From: Octopus vulgaris
Taxonomy: Eukaryota
Direction: 5' to 3'
Assembly (NCBI GenBank): GCA_951406725.2
Contig: OX597817.1
Location: forward strand, 21,762,001-21,826,000
DNA length: 64,000 nucleotides
The position numbers and the translations under genes were made by a program. Numbering within the stretch: position 1 is the stretch's first letter; each line of letters opens with the position of its first letter. A model generated the notes under the pieces. It was not told the DNA's origin. It was given only the letters and a program-made list of their open reading frames with translations, and did not search any database. Shown in pieces: positions 1 through 13,123 of the stretch.

Positions 1-33
1 TGAAGGTTGAAAAGTAGCAGACAAGTTAATATA

Positions 34-273
34 TATAAGGAAAATAAGACAAGGTAGAAAATGCTAAAATAATTTTACCATGAAATACATATTGCAACAG
101 TTAATACCGGTCTCAGCCTTCTCGACTTTTTCAACCAAGAGTAAAACAAAGGTGGATATTAATGAAGACGAAAATTAATTAAATTGAAGAAAAAAATTAA
201 ATGAAATATTTTGTAGATATTTTCATACTTTTCAAATAGGTACGACATTTTCCATTTTCTGTCACTCACTCTC

Positions 274-320
<47 letters not shown>

Positions 321-1301
321 CTGTCTGTCTGTCGTTCTCCGTCTGTCTGTCTCTCTCACTCTCTCTTTTCCTTTCTGTAGGCTTGATATGTAGTAGCAGA
401 TCTGAAAAAATAGTATTTATGGGTGCAGAGAAATATTTGGTTCTGAAGTGTGATGGTTTCATTGATATTTGCGCCACTAATGAACAACACAACTTTAGAA
501 TTTTTCCCTTCTATAAATATATTGTCAATGCAACCTATAATCAGCGCATTAGCAAAGAATCATATTTTAACGCAAAATATAAACCTCTTTTGAATGCTTC
601 CACCACAGATGACGCTACTACAAGGATATTAGAATAATACCCACGCATATATTAAACACCATAGATGTATTAAAAATAATCGCTACCCAAAATTTTATAT
701 AGAACAGTTCCTACCACTACAGCTACAACCACAAGAGGTCACATTTAGGTCACTTGGTCACTAGAGTAGATTCCACGGACAGCCTTAACAACTAGGTCAC
801 ACCACTCCCATCTCCTTCTCTTTCTTCCTCCTCCTCCTCATCATCATCATCTTCTTTTTCTTCTTTTCTTCTTCTTAATCTTCGTCTTCTTCTTCTTCTT
901 CTCCTTCTTCTTCTTCTTCTTCTTCTTCTTCTTCTTCTTCTTCTTCTTCTTCTTTTTCATCTCCCTCGTCGCCTTCTTAGTTTCTACTGTTCAAACAATC
1001 AAACATTCAAAACCAAACATTTCTCTGCATCCATAAACACTATATTTTGCAGATCTGCTACTACCTACCGATCATTCGCAAGGGAAAATGTCCTGCCTGT
1101 TTGAAGACTATGGAAATATTGACAAAATATCACATTTATTTTTTTTTCAATTTAATTGTTTTTCTTCTTAATTAATATCTGCCTTTATTTTACTCTCAGT
1201 TGAAAAAGTCGAAAAAGACTGAAACCGATACTAACTGTTACAAAATGTATTTCATATTAAAATTATTTTAACATTTTTAACCTTGTCTTATTTTCCTTAT
1301 A
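34..1301. repeat. Long diverged inverted repeat (left arm about 34-253 plus 390-460; right arm about 993-1064 plus 1083-1301)
   Basis: 'tataaggaaaataagacaaggt' (34-55) vs 'accttgtcttattttccttata' (1280-1301); 'gtagtagcagatctg' (390-404) vs 'cagatctgctactac' (1050-1064). The left arm is interrupted by a (CT)n tract. Confidence 0.9.
1195..1237 (+). ncRNA. Minimal hammerhead-ribozyme-like motif (U3-A8 core variant), degenerate
   Basis: TTGAAAA-AGTC(gaaaaa)GACT-GAAA-CCGA-TA; mirror copy on the minus strand at 105-134 reads TTGAAAA-AGTC(gagaa)GGCT-GAGA-CCGG-TA. Confidence 0.5.
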
Positions 1302-1327
1302 CACATGTGCGCGCACACATACATACA

Positions 1328-1429
<102 letters not shown>

Positions 1430-1672
1430 ATATATATATCTCACCTAGCAATATGTCTATTCCTCGATTGTTAGCTTGATGAGTAATGCGAAACTGGTTC
1501 TTTAATTATATTGTAAAAGCAAAATCTTATTTTGAACAGAATTATATATCTTTATTATTATACCTCTAATATATTATTTAATCCTGTAAAACAAATCTGT
1601 TTTTTCATCTTTTCTCTTTCTGTACATTTACAACCACGTGTGTTCCCCCACTAAAGTATTTTCTAATTTATA

Positions 1673-1724
<52 letters not shown>

Positions 1725-2021
1725 GAGTGAGAGAGCAGTGCATGCCATCAAAGTGACACATGGGTAAAATATACGAAGCCCAATATACCCATCATGGCTA
1801 CCCGTCTGATAAGTGTACACCAGGCACATACATCACAACTATATGTGCGCGACATGGTGATCTCATATCATGATAAACAGCACATGCCCTTGCAGGTGGG
1901 GCCCAGTTAGAATTTTCTTCTAGTCGAGTAACCCATCCCGCTCAAAAAGTCCCTGAATAAGGGTTGTTCAAAAATGTTGAACGAAACACCCACGTTTCCA
2001 GAGGTGAATTATTCAAAACCC
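1725..2021. mobile_element. Non-coding ~300-bp interspersed element embedded in (TTA)n
   Basis: Complex, higher-GC sequence with sharp boundaries, flanked on both sides by (TTA)n; no ORF. Confidence 0.55.
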
Positions 2022-2022
2022 A

Positions 2023-2054
<32 letters not shown>

Positions 2055-2063
2055 ATCTCTTTA

Positions 2064-2740
2064 TCAAAGGTTTTGTTGGAGCTCCAGGAGTATCTGTCTA
2101 TCTATCTTTTCACCTTCTTTCTTGACTATTCGTGGCTCAAAGGAACATGCAACGTCGGCTATATAGCATTTGTTGTGTACCTTGTCCGTCACCACTAGGT
2201 CCGGTCTCTTATGCTCCTGAACTGTTTGAATTGCGAAATCCCAGGAGATTTTGCTAGTCTCCGACCTCTCCACTCTCCTCAGTTTATGCTCGTACCGCAT
2301 TTTGCCTCTCTCTTGATCCCACTTTTCGCACTGTTCCCAATGCAGCACTTTCGCTGCTTGGTTGTGTCGCCAGAATTTTTGTGCTTATGGGCAAGTCTAG
2401 GGGATTCATTCATGATATGGGCAATGGTTTCATCCAATCTATTGCAGATGCGGCACACAGTAGACACTAGATAATTCCTAAGACTGAATGTCTAGTTCGT
2501 GGTGACAGCTCGGTCTTGCGCTGCCAGTAGAGTGCTCTTTGTCTCTCTTTTAATGTTCCTTGCATCTTCGAATCTCACTTATTTTTTCCTGAAAATTCTG
2601 TTGTTGTTATATGGAAGTGATTGTATAGTCCCTTCTTGTGAAATTCACTTTCATGTTCCTTTTGTAATTCTTGCTTTGTTTTTTGTTCTCTTTCTCTGCT
2701 TTCCATACTACCTCGTTTCTAACTGTTACTAGCAAGGTTT
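2064..2740 (-). pseudogene. Degenerate R4/Dong-like fragment (CCHC + RLE)
   Basis: Frameshifted CRICNRLDETIAHIMNESPRLA; KISWDFAIQTVQEHKRPDLVV...IADVACSFEPRIVKKEGEKID. Confidence 0.85.
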
Positions 2741-4639
2741 CCTTAATTATTATTGTTGCTGTTGTTGTTATTATTATTATTAGATCAATTTAGTTAAGTG
2801 GTGTTTATTTGTAATTGAAAGTACATGGAAAACAACGTTATAATAGAAACATGAGACCCAGATTTAAAGCCAATTATTCCACACATACACACACACGCAC
2901 ACACAAGCATATATATATATGTGTGTGTGTGTGTATGTGCGTGTGTATGTATGTATGTATGTATGTAAGTGTATGTGTGTGTGTGTGAGTATATATATAT
3001 ATATGTATGTATATATATAATATTGTTTGATAAGACGTTCTTTGATTAAAAAAAGCAAATGTATATGCATTCACGGATGTAAAATATTATGTTCCTTATA
3101 TTAACCATTTATCATAATGATCATTATGCTACGAATTATTTCATATATTTTCTAATAGAATCTTAAACTACCATTTGCAGCAGCAGCTGTATGACATGCT
3201 CTAAAGTTTGTGCTGTTTCATATTCTATATTTCAAACGCCTTCCGAATATCGTATATCATTCCTGTCACTATATCTTTATATAATGAGAACGCAGGTGTT
3301 CTACTCGTCGCATGATGAAACTGATAGGCTTTTGTTAGGCATCGAACATCTTGGTGATTTTCTTTAAAATACCATAGCATAAAATGTTTGTTATATAGTT
3401 TTTAGACTAATATTTTTATTTTTTATTTTTATTATAAGATTCTCTACTTTTAAAATATCCTCCTAAGAAATCTCTTATACCGAAGTCTCCTTTCATGCGT
3501 GCTGCTTTCCATAAAGAAGAACATGTTTCTTTCATGCTTTGTAACCAGGTATATTAGACTCGCCCTATACTTTATGAAATATTTTCCTAATTGAGAAGTA
3601 GATAATAATAATCTAATTTGTAGAAGATTTCCTTCTCCACTGCATTTGCGGTACAAACAATAGTTCTGTTTCTTTTCAGGTAACGTATTCGAAGAACAAC
3701 TATTATTTTATTTGTTTCGCTGTTTAACGTCCACTTAAAGATTTATTATAAATGAAACTCATTACTGACAGTTTGAAAGTATTGTCATATATTACTTTAA
3801 CTTTGTGTTACATAATAATATTTTACGTTTATACTATTCATTCTGGATAATTTATTTCCTGTGTACGTGTTTCTTATACTCTGTCACGTTTTTTCCCCGT
3901 CAACTAAGTGAATATGTTTTATTTAAATCTCTTATCTCTGTTTTCTCATTTAGCGTCATATTAGCGGCTTTTATTAACTCACCTCTCTTCAAGGTTATCC
4001 AGGTGCTTTTTAAAATCGAATTTTAAACCAATTTCTGAACTAAATATGAACACTTAGTATAGTATTACCAGCCGCAGCGTACAGGTGATTTCGTAAATAT
4101 ACAAAAGATATTTAATTGCATTCCTTTATAGAATTTGTACATCATTCACAGAAGAAGCAGAAAAGGGGATTCTTTCGAATATCCTTCAAATAAAAGCAAA
4201 AATAGCTTCGTTTCCATTCATACTTCTTTTTTTTTATCTTCAGAATTGCTAATCATTTTTCATGATGTATAGAATGTACGTGCGGTTACTGCTGCTATAT
4301 ACTTAGTGGCCAACATTTTCAGTTCAGCTGAATTTGAACTTCTTAGACTTCTGTGCGCTCTAGTGTCATCTCAAAAATTATCGTGTTCTGTTTTGAGATT
4401 TAGATTTTCTATGCTGGATTTTCTGGGGTTTTATCCGTCTTCATATCATAGAGTGTAGTCTCCCGTACATAATTTCATAATTCTAATTTAATAGTTGCAC
4501 TCTAAAGTCAAAGTAAATGGCCGCCAATTGCATTTTTGGTCTGTCGAGGACGTTCACTCTCACCCCTTCTATATGTGCTCTGTCTCGTGCAATTACTGCG
4601 GAAGCTAGATATTTTGAGGGGCATCTAGCGTGAACTAAA

Positions 4640-5700
4640 TCGCGGAGGGTTCGTGTCGGCTTATGCGGATGACTTCTCAATAATACAGTCGCACATCTCA
4701 GCTATTGAGGTAAATGACACTGCCCTAAGGGAGTACGAAACGAGGATAGGGGCAAAGATTAACCAAGATAGATCGATGGGTCTTCAGCTCGGCTCCCTGA
4801 AGAGACAAGTGAATACCAGCAGACAGCGTTGCAGGCCGCTATACGGAAGGACCGGTTACACTGCTCGGTGTCTGGTTTGGTCTAGACTTGCAGGCTGAAA
4901 AGATCTGGGATGAGGTGACGAGCAAGGTGGCCAGATTCACTCAGAAATGGGCCAAATGGAAGCTGTCCTGGAAGGGCAGGGTGGAGGTGGGGAATGCATA
5001 AATCTCTTCCTCCATCTAAATCTGCCTGACCGTTGTCCCTTGTTCTGCTTCGTGGCTGGTTAATCTTGAGCACTTGCCTTTCTGCTTTCTCTGACCGGCA
5101 GTCCATCTGCCGTCAGCAGAGGACTGGACGTTCCATGGTAAAGGATGCGCAGACATGCACTGAGGCGGCAACATCTGCAGCACTTCCTTGACGGTGAATA
5201 GGTTTGTTGACTATTAGTTACATTTTTGAGCCGTTCGTCTCATTGCTGGAGCTATAGTCCAGTATCAAACATAGACGAATGTGCTATCAGTTGAACATGT
5301 CCGAGATGTGAGCAAGGAGAAGAAATCGTTTTGCATGAATTTACTCAGGGCCTGGCCGTTGTTGACATGTGGAGGAACTTTGTCGAACCACTATTGAAAA
5401 GCGTAAGGCAGATCCAGTAATCAACCGGGTCCATCGAGTGAATTGCCCCGCCGCTTTCTTTGGAAGGCAATTTTACCTGTTTTGTGCCTATGGCAATGGA
5501 ATAGTTTGAAAGGACTGAAAAGAGAGATTTTGCTCTTCGGGTAGGCTCTCATCAAGTTTTTCAAGTTTCACTTAAAAAGGTGAGTGTTTAGACGGAAGTG
5601 CTTCCTCCCAGTACTTTTTGTTAAAAGGTGCGTAATTGTCACAACAATGGACAGTGTGATTTGACCTACGCCGAACATCGGAGCCTGGCTGAGATTTTCT
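4640..5700 (+). pseudogene. Degenerate L1/Tx1-like LINE ORF2 fragment (RT C-terminal part)
   Basis: SAYADD...LREYETRIGAKINQDRSMGLQLG, then LLGVWFG and WDEVTSKVARFTQKWAKWKLSWKGRVEVGN in shifted frames; typical L1/Tx1 RT domain 5-7 and thumb pattern. Confidence 0.75.
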
Positions 5701-6054
5701 TGATCAGAAAGTGAATTCTTTGGTTGGCTCTTGGTTGAACGACACCGTTTACGGGAATATATATTTTAAAACTTTATAATATCCCTTTTGGGTTTGTGTT
5801 CAACCCTTGTAGTCAATACAGAAAAGATTATCATTTTCTTCTTCTTGTTGTCCTCCTCTTCCTCCGTATTATTGCTGTTATTGTTGTCGTTGTTGCTGTT
5901 GATTTGACTCAGGTTCGTTCGTATTCCTGGTTGAATTTATATGGGTAGTCGGTTACTACCTGTAACCTTAGTTATCCACAAGCTTTCCAGTGCTTCAAGG
6001 CTGCCTGATACGCTTTCCCAACCCTAAGAGGCAAACGTTTTGTCGAATCTTTAC

Positions 6055-6255
6055 AGGGCGGTGAGTTAAGAGAATCGTTAGTACGATGAAGAAGAAAATT
6101 ATTAACAGAATTTCGTTCGCCTTTATGTTCTGAGTTCAAATCCTGCCCTGTTCGCTTTGCATTACATTCTTTCAAAATCGATAAAATAATTACCATTATA
6201 TCGTTGGGCACATGTAATCCAGTAGCACCTACCCCCAAAATTTCACGTCGTTCTC
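6055..6255 (+). mobile_element. Degenerate tRNA-derived SINE (family A monomer)
   Basis: 'gttctgagttcaaatcc...tcgataaaataattacc' matches the 9545 and 63107 family. Confidence 0.65.
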
Positions 6256-6551
6256 CTATGTAAGAAAGGATCATTATTATTTTATTATCATCATTATTGT
6301 TGTTGATGCTGTAATTGTTGTTGGTGTTCCTCTCATTTTCTAAACAATTCTTAAATTTGGAATGCACTGTAGAATAACTATATAAAAAAAAGGAGATTAC
6401 AGTATGAAAAGAAGGGAAATAGTGAAGGTGGAATATGATGGGAAATGGAGAAGAGATTAAGGTTTGATCATCATTCTGCACGCATTTTCTAGGCATTACA
6501 CGCTCGCATATACATATGTATGTGTGTGTGAGTGTATGTACACATGTATAG

Positions 6552-6641
<90 letters not shown>

Positions 6642-7194
6642 TATATATGTATGTATATGTGTATATATGTGTATATATAAATATATATATATACATATAC
6701 ATACATATATGTATGTATGTATGTATATATATTACATATATATGTATAGCATTGCATTGTGTAAAATTTTCTGTAAATACCATCAGTTAAAGTACTTCGT
6801 AAAAAGCGATTGTATTTATTGTTTATATGTGTGTGTCTGAATGAACGCAAATTGTGAAGTGTTAGACAATGAGTTGAAGGATTTACGATATTTTTGTTCA
6901 ACTGTTTTTTTTTTTTATTTCTATCTATTTATTCTACACCTTTGTTTTAGTTACTATATTCATCTGTTTACTTTTGTATTTCCTCTCTTTGTTTTTGTTT
7001 ATTATCTCCTTGTAGTTTTCAAAATTTTTCGCCATGCTGCTCTGAAAGTGCTATTTACATCAAGCCCAAAGAATTTTGAACTATATAATCGATACGATCC
7101 TCGGCGATATTTTGGGGAGAAAAAAACACAACAACTACAAACAAAAGGACGAGATAATAACGTTATTGATGGTAGTGTTGATGGTGGAAAACTA

Positions 7195-7223
7195 CAACAA
7201 CAATAACAATAATAATATTAATA

Positions 7224-7299
<76 letters not shown>

Positions 7300-7313
7300 T
7301 AATATTAGTAATG

Positions 7314-7362
<49 letters not shown>
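7195..7362. repeat. (AAT)n microsatellite
   Basis: Directly visible. Confidence 0.97.
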
Positions 7363-9279
7363 GCAAATCAACAAGAACGCGGAACCAAATAAAACAAAAA
7401 AAAGCTGTAATGTTTCCATCTTTACTGTCGGAATAAAAGCTGTTGTTGTTGCTTCTGTTGTCACTATTGATATCGGCACGGTTATTTTTTTAAAATCTTG
7501 TGTGCATAAAACATTTATTGTTATCAATATATTGATTAGGTTTCTTTATTTCTTTTCACAACTCTTCTCCCATTTTTTTTTCATTTTGTTTTATAGCACT
7601 ATCTTTTTCCATATTTTTCTCCTCTCTCCATCCTAGCTAACTATATACCCGTCTCCCTCCCTCCCTCTCTCTCTATCTACAGCTCTTTACCTCTCTGTAT
7701 TATTGTAAATTAATAGATTAACGATAAGTTTAAACAAAAGTTTCACCCATGTATAGTTTATGTCTACGTAATACCGGACCAGTATAAAAATTACCAGTAT
7801 ATCAAGGAAGGTTACCAGACGAATAGATTACAAGCGGTAACCTCTGCCCATTCTCTTATATAGTGTGGTTTTGTTGACTGAATTTGTTTTAGTATTAACA
7901 ATGAAGCTAGAACTTGTTTTCATTTACATTTTTTTTTTATTATGCTCTAATTACTTCATTATACTTATTTCCAGTATTTCTCCTTCCCTTCCCACTAAAA
8001 ATAATACAATATATGGCCCATTCACTGCTGTATATTTTATTCACTTTTGAATCTTCAAGGTATAGTTTCCTAATACACTTCTGAAGTGTAAAGTGAAGAT
8101 TATGTTATATTCACATTTTAGTCGCTATTGCTTAATTCAAGAAGATTTCTGTTGGTCTTGAGTTCCATTATGAGTAATTCGCTGGCTTTTTAAAATTGCG
8201 TTTATAGCAAGGAGTAAAAAACAAAAATGTGTACCTATTTACTCATAATATGGTGGATATTTTGTGTTTAATCACATAACTCTTGATCAAACTGCAATGA
8301 AATTTTGAAGACGGTTGGCGGTATTTGGTGGTAGATATGTATTTTTGGAGGTCAGACATGCACTTAAATTTTATTGCCTTGGCTCATACCTATTCATATG
8401 ACCCCATGTTTTGTTGCATCACAAATTAGAATTTCCATTACAAGTTATCATGATATGCATCACAGGTTACAATTAAGGTACTATTGGGACTCGAACAATT
8501 ATAACTAGCAAATAAATACTTTGAAAAATTCCCTCTAGAACTTTTGAAAAATTCATAATGAATTAAGTATTTCTAGATATACTGTGTCTGATCAAAAAAA
8601 TGTGATCAATTCGGGCGTGAACGTACGCGTCAACACCTATACATTCATCAAGTAAGGGTAGCACATGCCTTTAGTGTCGGAAATTTTGGTACGTTAATCA
8701 CTTCTAAGTTATATTCTGAAAAATTCTGATCGTAACAATCACATTTGAACGCTATTTTGGAATTGTTAATAAAGTAACAAATTCATATTTTCATGAGATT
8801 TGGATGTATTAACTACCATACATAAAATCTATTAATTTTCTTTTCCTGCAATGTAATGGTATTTAAACAAGACTGATTAAATTATTACAATCTTGAGATT
8901 TTTCATAGTTATCGTTTAATGCTTCTCCGTGCAAAGCAATTAAGACTTATTTAATAATCATATCTAATGGTTATTTATCTGAACTGTTTACACTTTAAAT
9001 GTTTATTCAAGTACCCCGATTATTTCTATTAGCACACTATTCTGTTTCTGAATGAACATAACAACCAAACAAATTCTAATCATAAATATGGGGATATCTA
9101 AATACACATTTTATTTCATTCTGTGCCGTTTTAGCAATATCCTTTGAGAATAACGAATATGTTAAGTTACATTACATTGTTTTCCTCGAACAATTTCTAA
9201 TATAAACTCGTATATTATCCGTGGAAATAAATAAAATTTGATAATACAATCTTTTCGACAGATATTTAATGATTTGATT

Positions 9280-11180
9280 TTTATGACACAGGGGTCACAT
9301 TTGATCAAATACCTATGGTAGCAGACCGTCGAGAGATACGCCGTAGATTCTATTCCGTCAAAAAGATTGTGCTTTCTCTATGAGTAGGGCAATTGATTGT
9401 CAAATTATGCCAACAGGAAATCGGTAGTGCTTCATGGAATAAAACAGCGTTTGAATTAAGGGAAATACAGTATTTTTCTCCGACGATTAGTAAGAATCCA
9501 GTTTTTAGCATAACCGTTTTCCTGTTGTAATATTTAGGAAAAAGTGGGTGAGTAGCTGGCAGAAACGCTAGCACGCTGGGTGAAATGCTTAGCGGTATTT
9601 CGTCAGTCGCTACGTTCTGAGTTCAAATTCCGCCGAGGTCGACTTTGCCTTTCATCCTTTCGGGGTCGATTAAATAAGTACCAGTTACGCACTGAGGTCG
9701 ATATAATCGACTTAATCCGTTCGTCTGTCCTTGTTTGTCCTCTCTGTGTTTAGCCCCTTATAGGTAGTAAAGAAATAGGTATTTTTACGTTCTGAGTTCA
9801 AATTCCACAGAGGTCGACTTTGCCTGTCATCCTTTCAGGATCGATAAATTAAGTACCAATTGCGCACTAGATTCGATCTAATTGACTGCCCCACCTCCAC
9901 AAAAATTTCGGGCCTCGTGCCTAGAGTAGAAAAGAATATTCTGGAAAAGGAAGACACGTCCTCTATACAGTATTAAAAAAATAGTACACGAAAAATGAGC
10001 TTCAATGGTAGCTAAATGAACCCAATATGGTGAATATATTGATAGAGTATGCTTTCAGTAGAGCAAATGCCCAAGTAATATTTACTCCCAGTATATTACT
10101 GGTTATTTTTATTACAAACAATTTCCCATTGGAGATTATAGTAATCTCCCCTTGAAGTAACATACTGAGTACATTAACTTTCTCAAATATATCTGACAAA
10201 CCTTAATCTTACATATATAATACTTACCATCAGTGATGTTTTTTTATAAGTTCTGGGTCTTACTTAGATCTGTATGCATATTAGTCAACCTAAATTTCGC
10301 TCCCTTGACAATCACCACACTCCTAAACACGGTTAACATTTGCTACGCTCGGATCCCCTATCCTGACGTAGATTTGGAAAAACACTACTATTCTCCATGT
10401 GAGGGTTACCACATTTAGCTCTGAATTATTTTCCTATTATTTGCTACAGATAATTCGGATTAGATCGTGCCATGATAGCATGTTACAGTTAGATTGCTTG
10501 CATATTTCAATTTCGTTTGAAATCTTACTGCACCCCATAACACTACAGTTGCGATATCAACACATACACCACATCAGTGAGAAAACATGTTCATTGTTTA
10601 TACGTCCACTTAATGACTATTAAATTAGTATACTCTCGTGCACTCACTTGACATTTAAAATCTTACAAATCCAACGACTGATTTACTGTTAAATATCAGC
10701 CGATTATTCTAAATTAGTAAATTTTTGTTTACTTCTTGTCATACTTATAACATTTTTACGAATTATTTTACTTACACTTATTCTAGGAAGCGCAATATTT
10801 AGCAGGGGAACTTTTCGCCTTTCTTCTGCATACATCTTTCAGTGAACCACTTCTGATATTCTTCTTGTCTTTGTGAACACAAAGTCTCCACCAATCGTGT
10901 ATAATTTCCCAGATTTTTTCAATTAAGTATGCGGCCTTGTATGATGCTCTCAAATATTTTTATTGACGTAGGGAATATTTTAAAATCTACATGTGAAGAT
11001 TCCAGAAAATTTTCAAATTGAAGCATGCGTAGGAAGCGTAGATATTATTATACTATCTTTTTACCTCATGAAATATTTGTCGCAAATGAAAATCTAGATG
11101 CTTTTCCTTATGCTTCAGGCCAATATAAATCTATATTCCAAAGATGATTCGTTATACTTCCTTTTTTGTGTGGGATAATT
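9280..11180 (-). pseudogene. Fossil hAT (Buster/Charlie-like) transposase, interrupted by a SINE
   Basis: Minus-strand remnants in collinear order across frameshifts: KRKYNESSLEYRF (about 11165), RASYKAAYLIEK/SGKLYTIGGDF (about 10950-10885), CGVCVD (about 10575), LSDIFEKVNVLSMLLQG (10199-10150), LKTGF...EKY (about 9500). Confidence 0.7.
9545..9937 (+). mobile_element. tRNA-derived SINE family A, dimeric form
   Basis: B-box-like GAGTTCAAATTCC and the core 'gtcgactttgcct(t/g)tcatcc...taagtacca' each occur twice; same architecture at 63107-63492; imperfect flanking repeat aatatt(ta/ct)ggaaaa. Confidence 0.85.
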
Positions 11181-13089
11181 TAGCTTCTACTTTTCCTTTC
11201 ATTCGAAGTTGTATGACTAAATTCATGCTCTGTGGGAATTTTTACTTCAACACTACTATGTGTCATGCTTTTCATAGAAAAATCTGGGTTTTGTTGTAAG
11301 AAGCTGTTTTTAATTCTATGTAATATAACGTTAACAAATATGTAACAATAACTCTAAAAAAAAATTAACAACTGACGCAAGTGAATGAGAATTAATTTTG
11401 CATTTCATTGATAAGCTTGTGCTTTTTTAAGTATATTTTTATACACATGAAAAGTTCTAAAAACCAAAGAAGACAGATTTTAGCATGCTCCATGAAACTT
11501 TCGTGATTCTAAATAATCTTAACGCAATCCCTATTCCTGGAGACGCGAACTATAGCTTACGACTATATATTCCATAACTGCGTACAGGAGAAAACAGGAT
11601 GTAGTGATGGCCATATTTTATTTCTTTAAGACATTTATGCAAGCTTGACCAGCTCTTACTTACAATACATTCCCAAAAGTTTACACTGCAGTTAATAGAT
11701 TGATTCAGCTAATTCTGTTCAATGGACAGGCAGAAATAGCGACATTCAGTAATGGTGTCAGAGAGGTGAAGTTTGACCAAATCAGGCTCATAATTTCGTA
11801 GTTAAAATCATTTATGAATGACTTGTTCTCGTAGTGTTTCCGTCTATAAGTACAAAACTAAATACATGTCGGGCAGGGTAATTGATTATACCCACAACTT
11901 TATTTTTATTCAATTGGAAAGTATAGATAAGAATATCAACATGAGAAAACTTTGAACGAGAACTTCCACAGGCAATAGAAAGAAACAGAAGCAAAACAGT
12001 ACCTACGAAATTTGTTGATCATCGTTTTAAAATTAAATAATTATTTCTTACTCTCTTACATTTATGCATAGTAGTCAAAATCAATCGACAAAAAATAAAA
12101 GAAAATTGTTTATAACTGATTTTTAATTTAGAAAAAAGAAATTAAATCAACATGATGAGTAAAATATTCAAGCAACATTACAAGATCGAAAAGCAATCCT
12201 GATTTCACTTAAATTTGAACTTACAACCTAAAAAGTACGTAATTCAGCGGTACGCTTTGCAGATATTGCCAAACAAATGTAATTAACAATAGATGTAAAT
12301 GGAAGCACTTCATACTATAATGGAAAATATAACATAAAATGGGTTGAAAATAAGATAGTTACTGCTGGTATTTTCGATTGTATTTAAAATACGATGACTG
12401 GTTTAAAAGCTAAGCGACAACGTTTTACTTTTCATCTTGCTGTTGCCTCCTTGCGCAACATGTAGTGTATCTCTATAGAGGGTTTGGGAATTTTCCCACT
12501 TTTTAATATTTGTTTAATCTACCATTTGCCGAGAAGTGTCAGGTCCTGTTCGATTTTGTCTTACGCATTTGTGTAACAACACAAATAGCAGACCGTCAAA
12601 ATTTGATATTTTAAACAAATGTTTTAAAATCAATATTTATTACAATGTATTCAGTTTTATTTTGTCTCCACTTCCACTTTTCCTTTTGTTTTCTCTTGTA
12701 TTTTTATTTATTACTGTGAAAATATAATTATATTTAATTAAATGAAAATCTTGGAAGGCAACTAAAATAGGCGGGGAACGGGAAATTACGTTCATGTCAT
12801 AGTTGACAATATAATGAGGATAAATTTGTCGAAAATTATGAAGTTAGATATGTTGGAACGTGAAGAAATTTAACTTCACACAGAAAAATGAAGACATAAC
12901 ATTCTAAGGAAAATACTTTAAAAAGCGCAACTGAAGCAATTAAAATCAAATGATAAATGATCGGATATAATGTGTATGTAACCTTGAGGTGTGATCAACC
13001 AAAAAATCATCATTCTTGTTTAGCTATATAAACTTTGTGAGAAGTAATATAATAGAGTGATTTATAGTTAGGCAAACAAAGAAATCGAT

Positions 13090-13123
<34 letters not shown>

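Noticed and set aside
5972-7636. Long ORFs of 309, 186 and 121 aa (YI-, N-, I- or L-rich)
   Set aside because: They are translations of (TA)n and (AAT)n microsatellites plus a SINE, with no domain motifs. The same applies to most short ORFs in the track.
11400-12900. Possible piggyBac-like remnant (KWVENKIV)
   Set aside because: Only isolated short resemblances on inconsistent strands.
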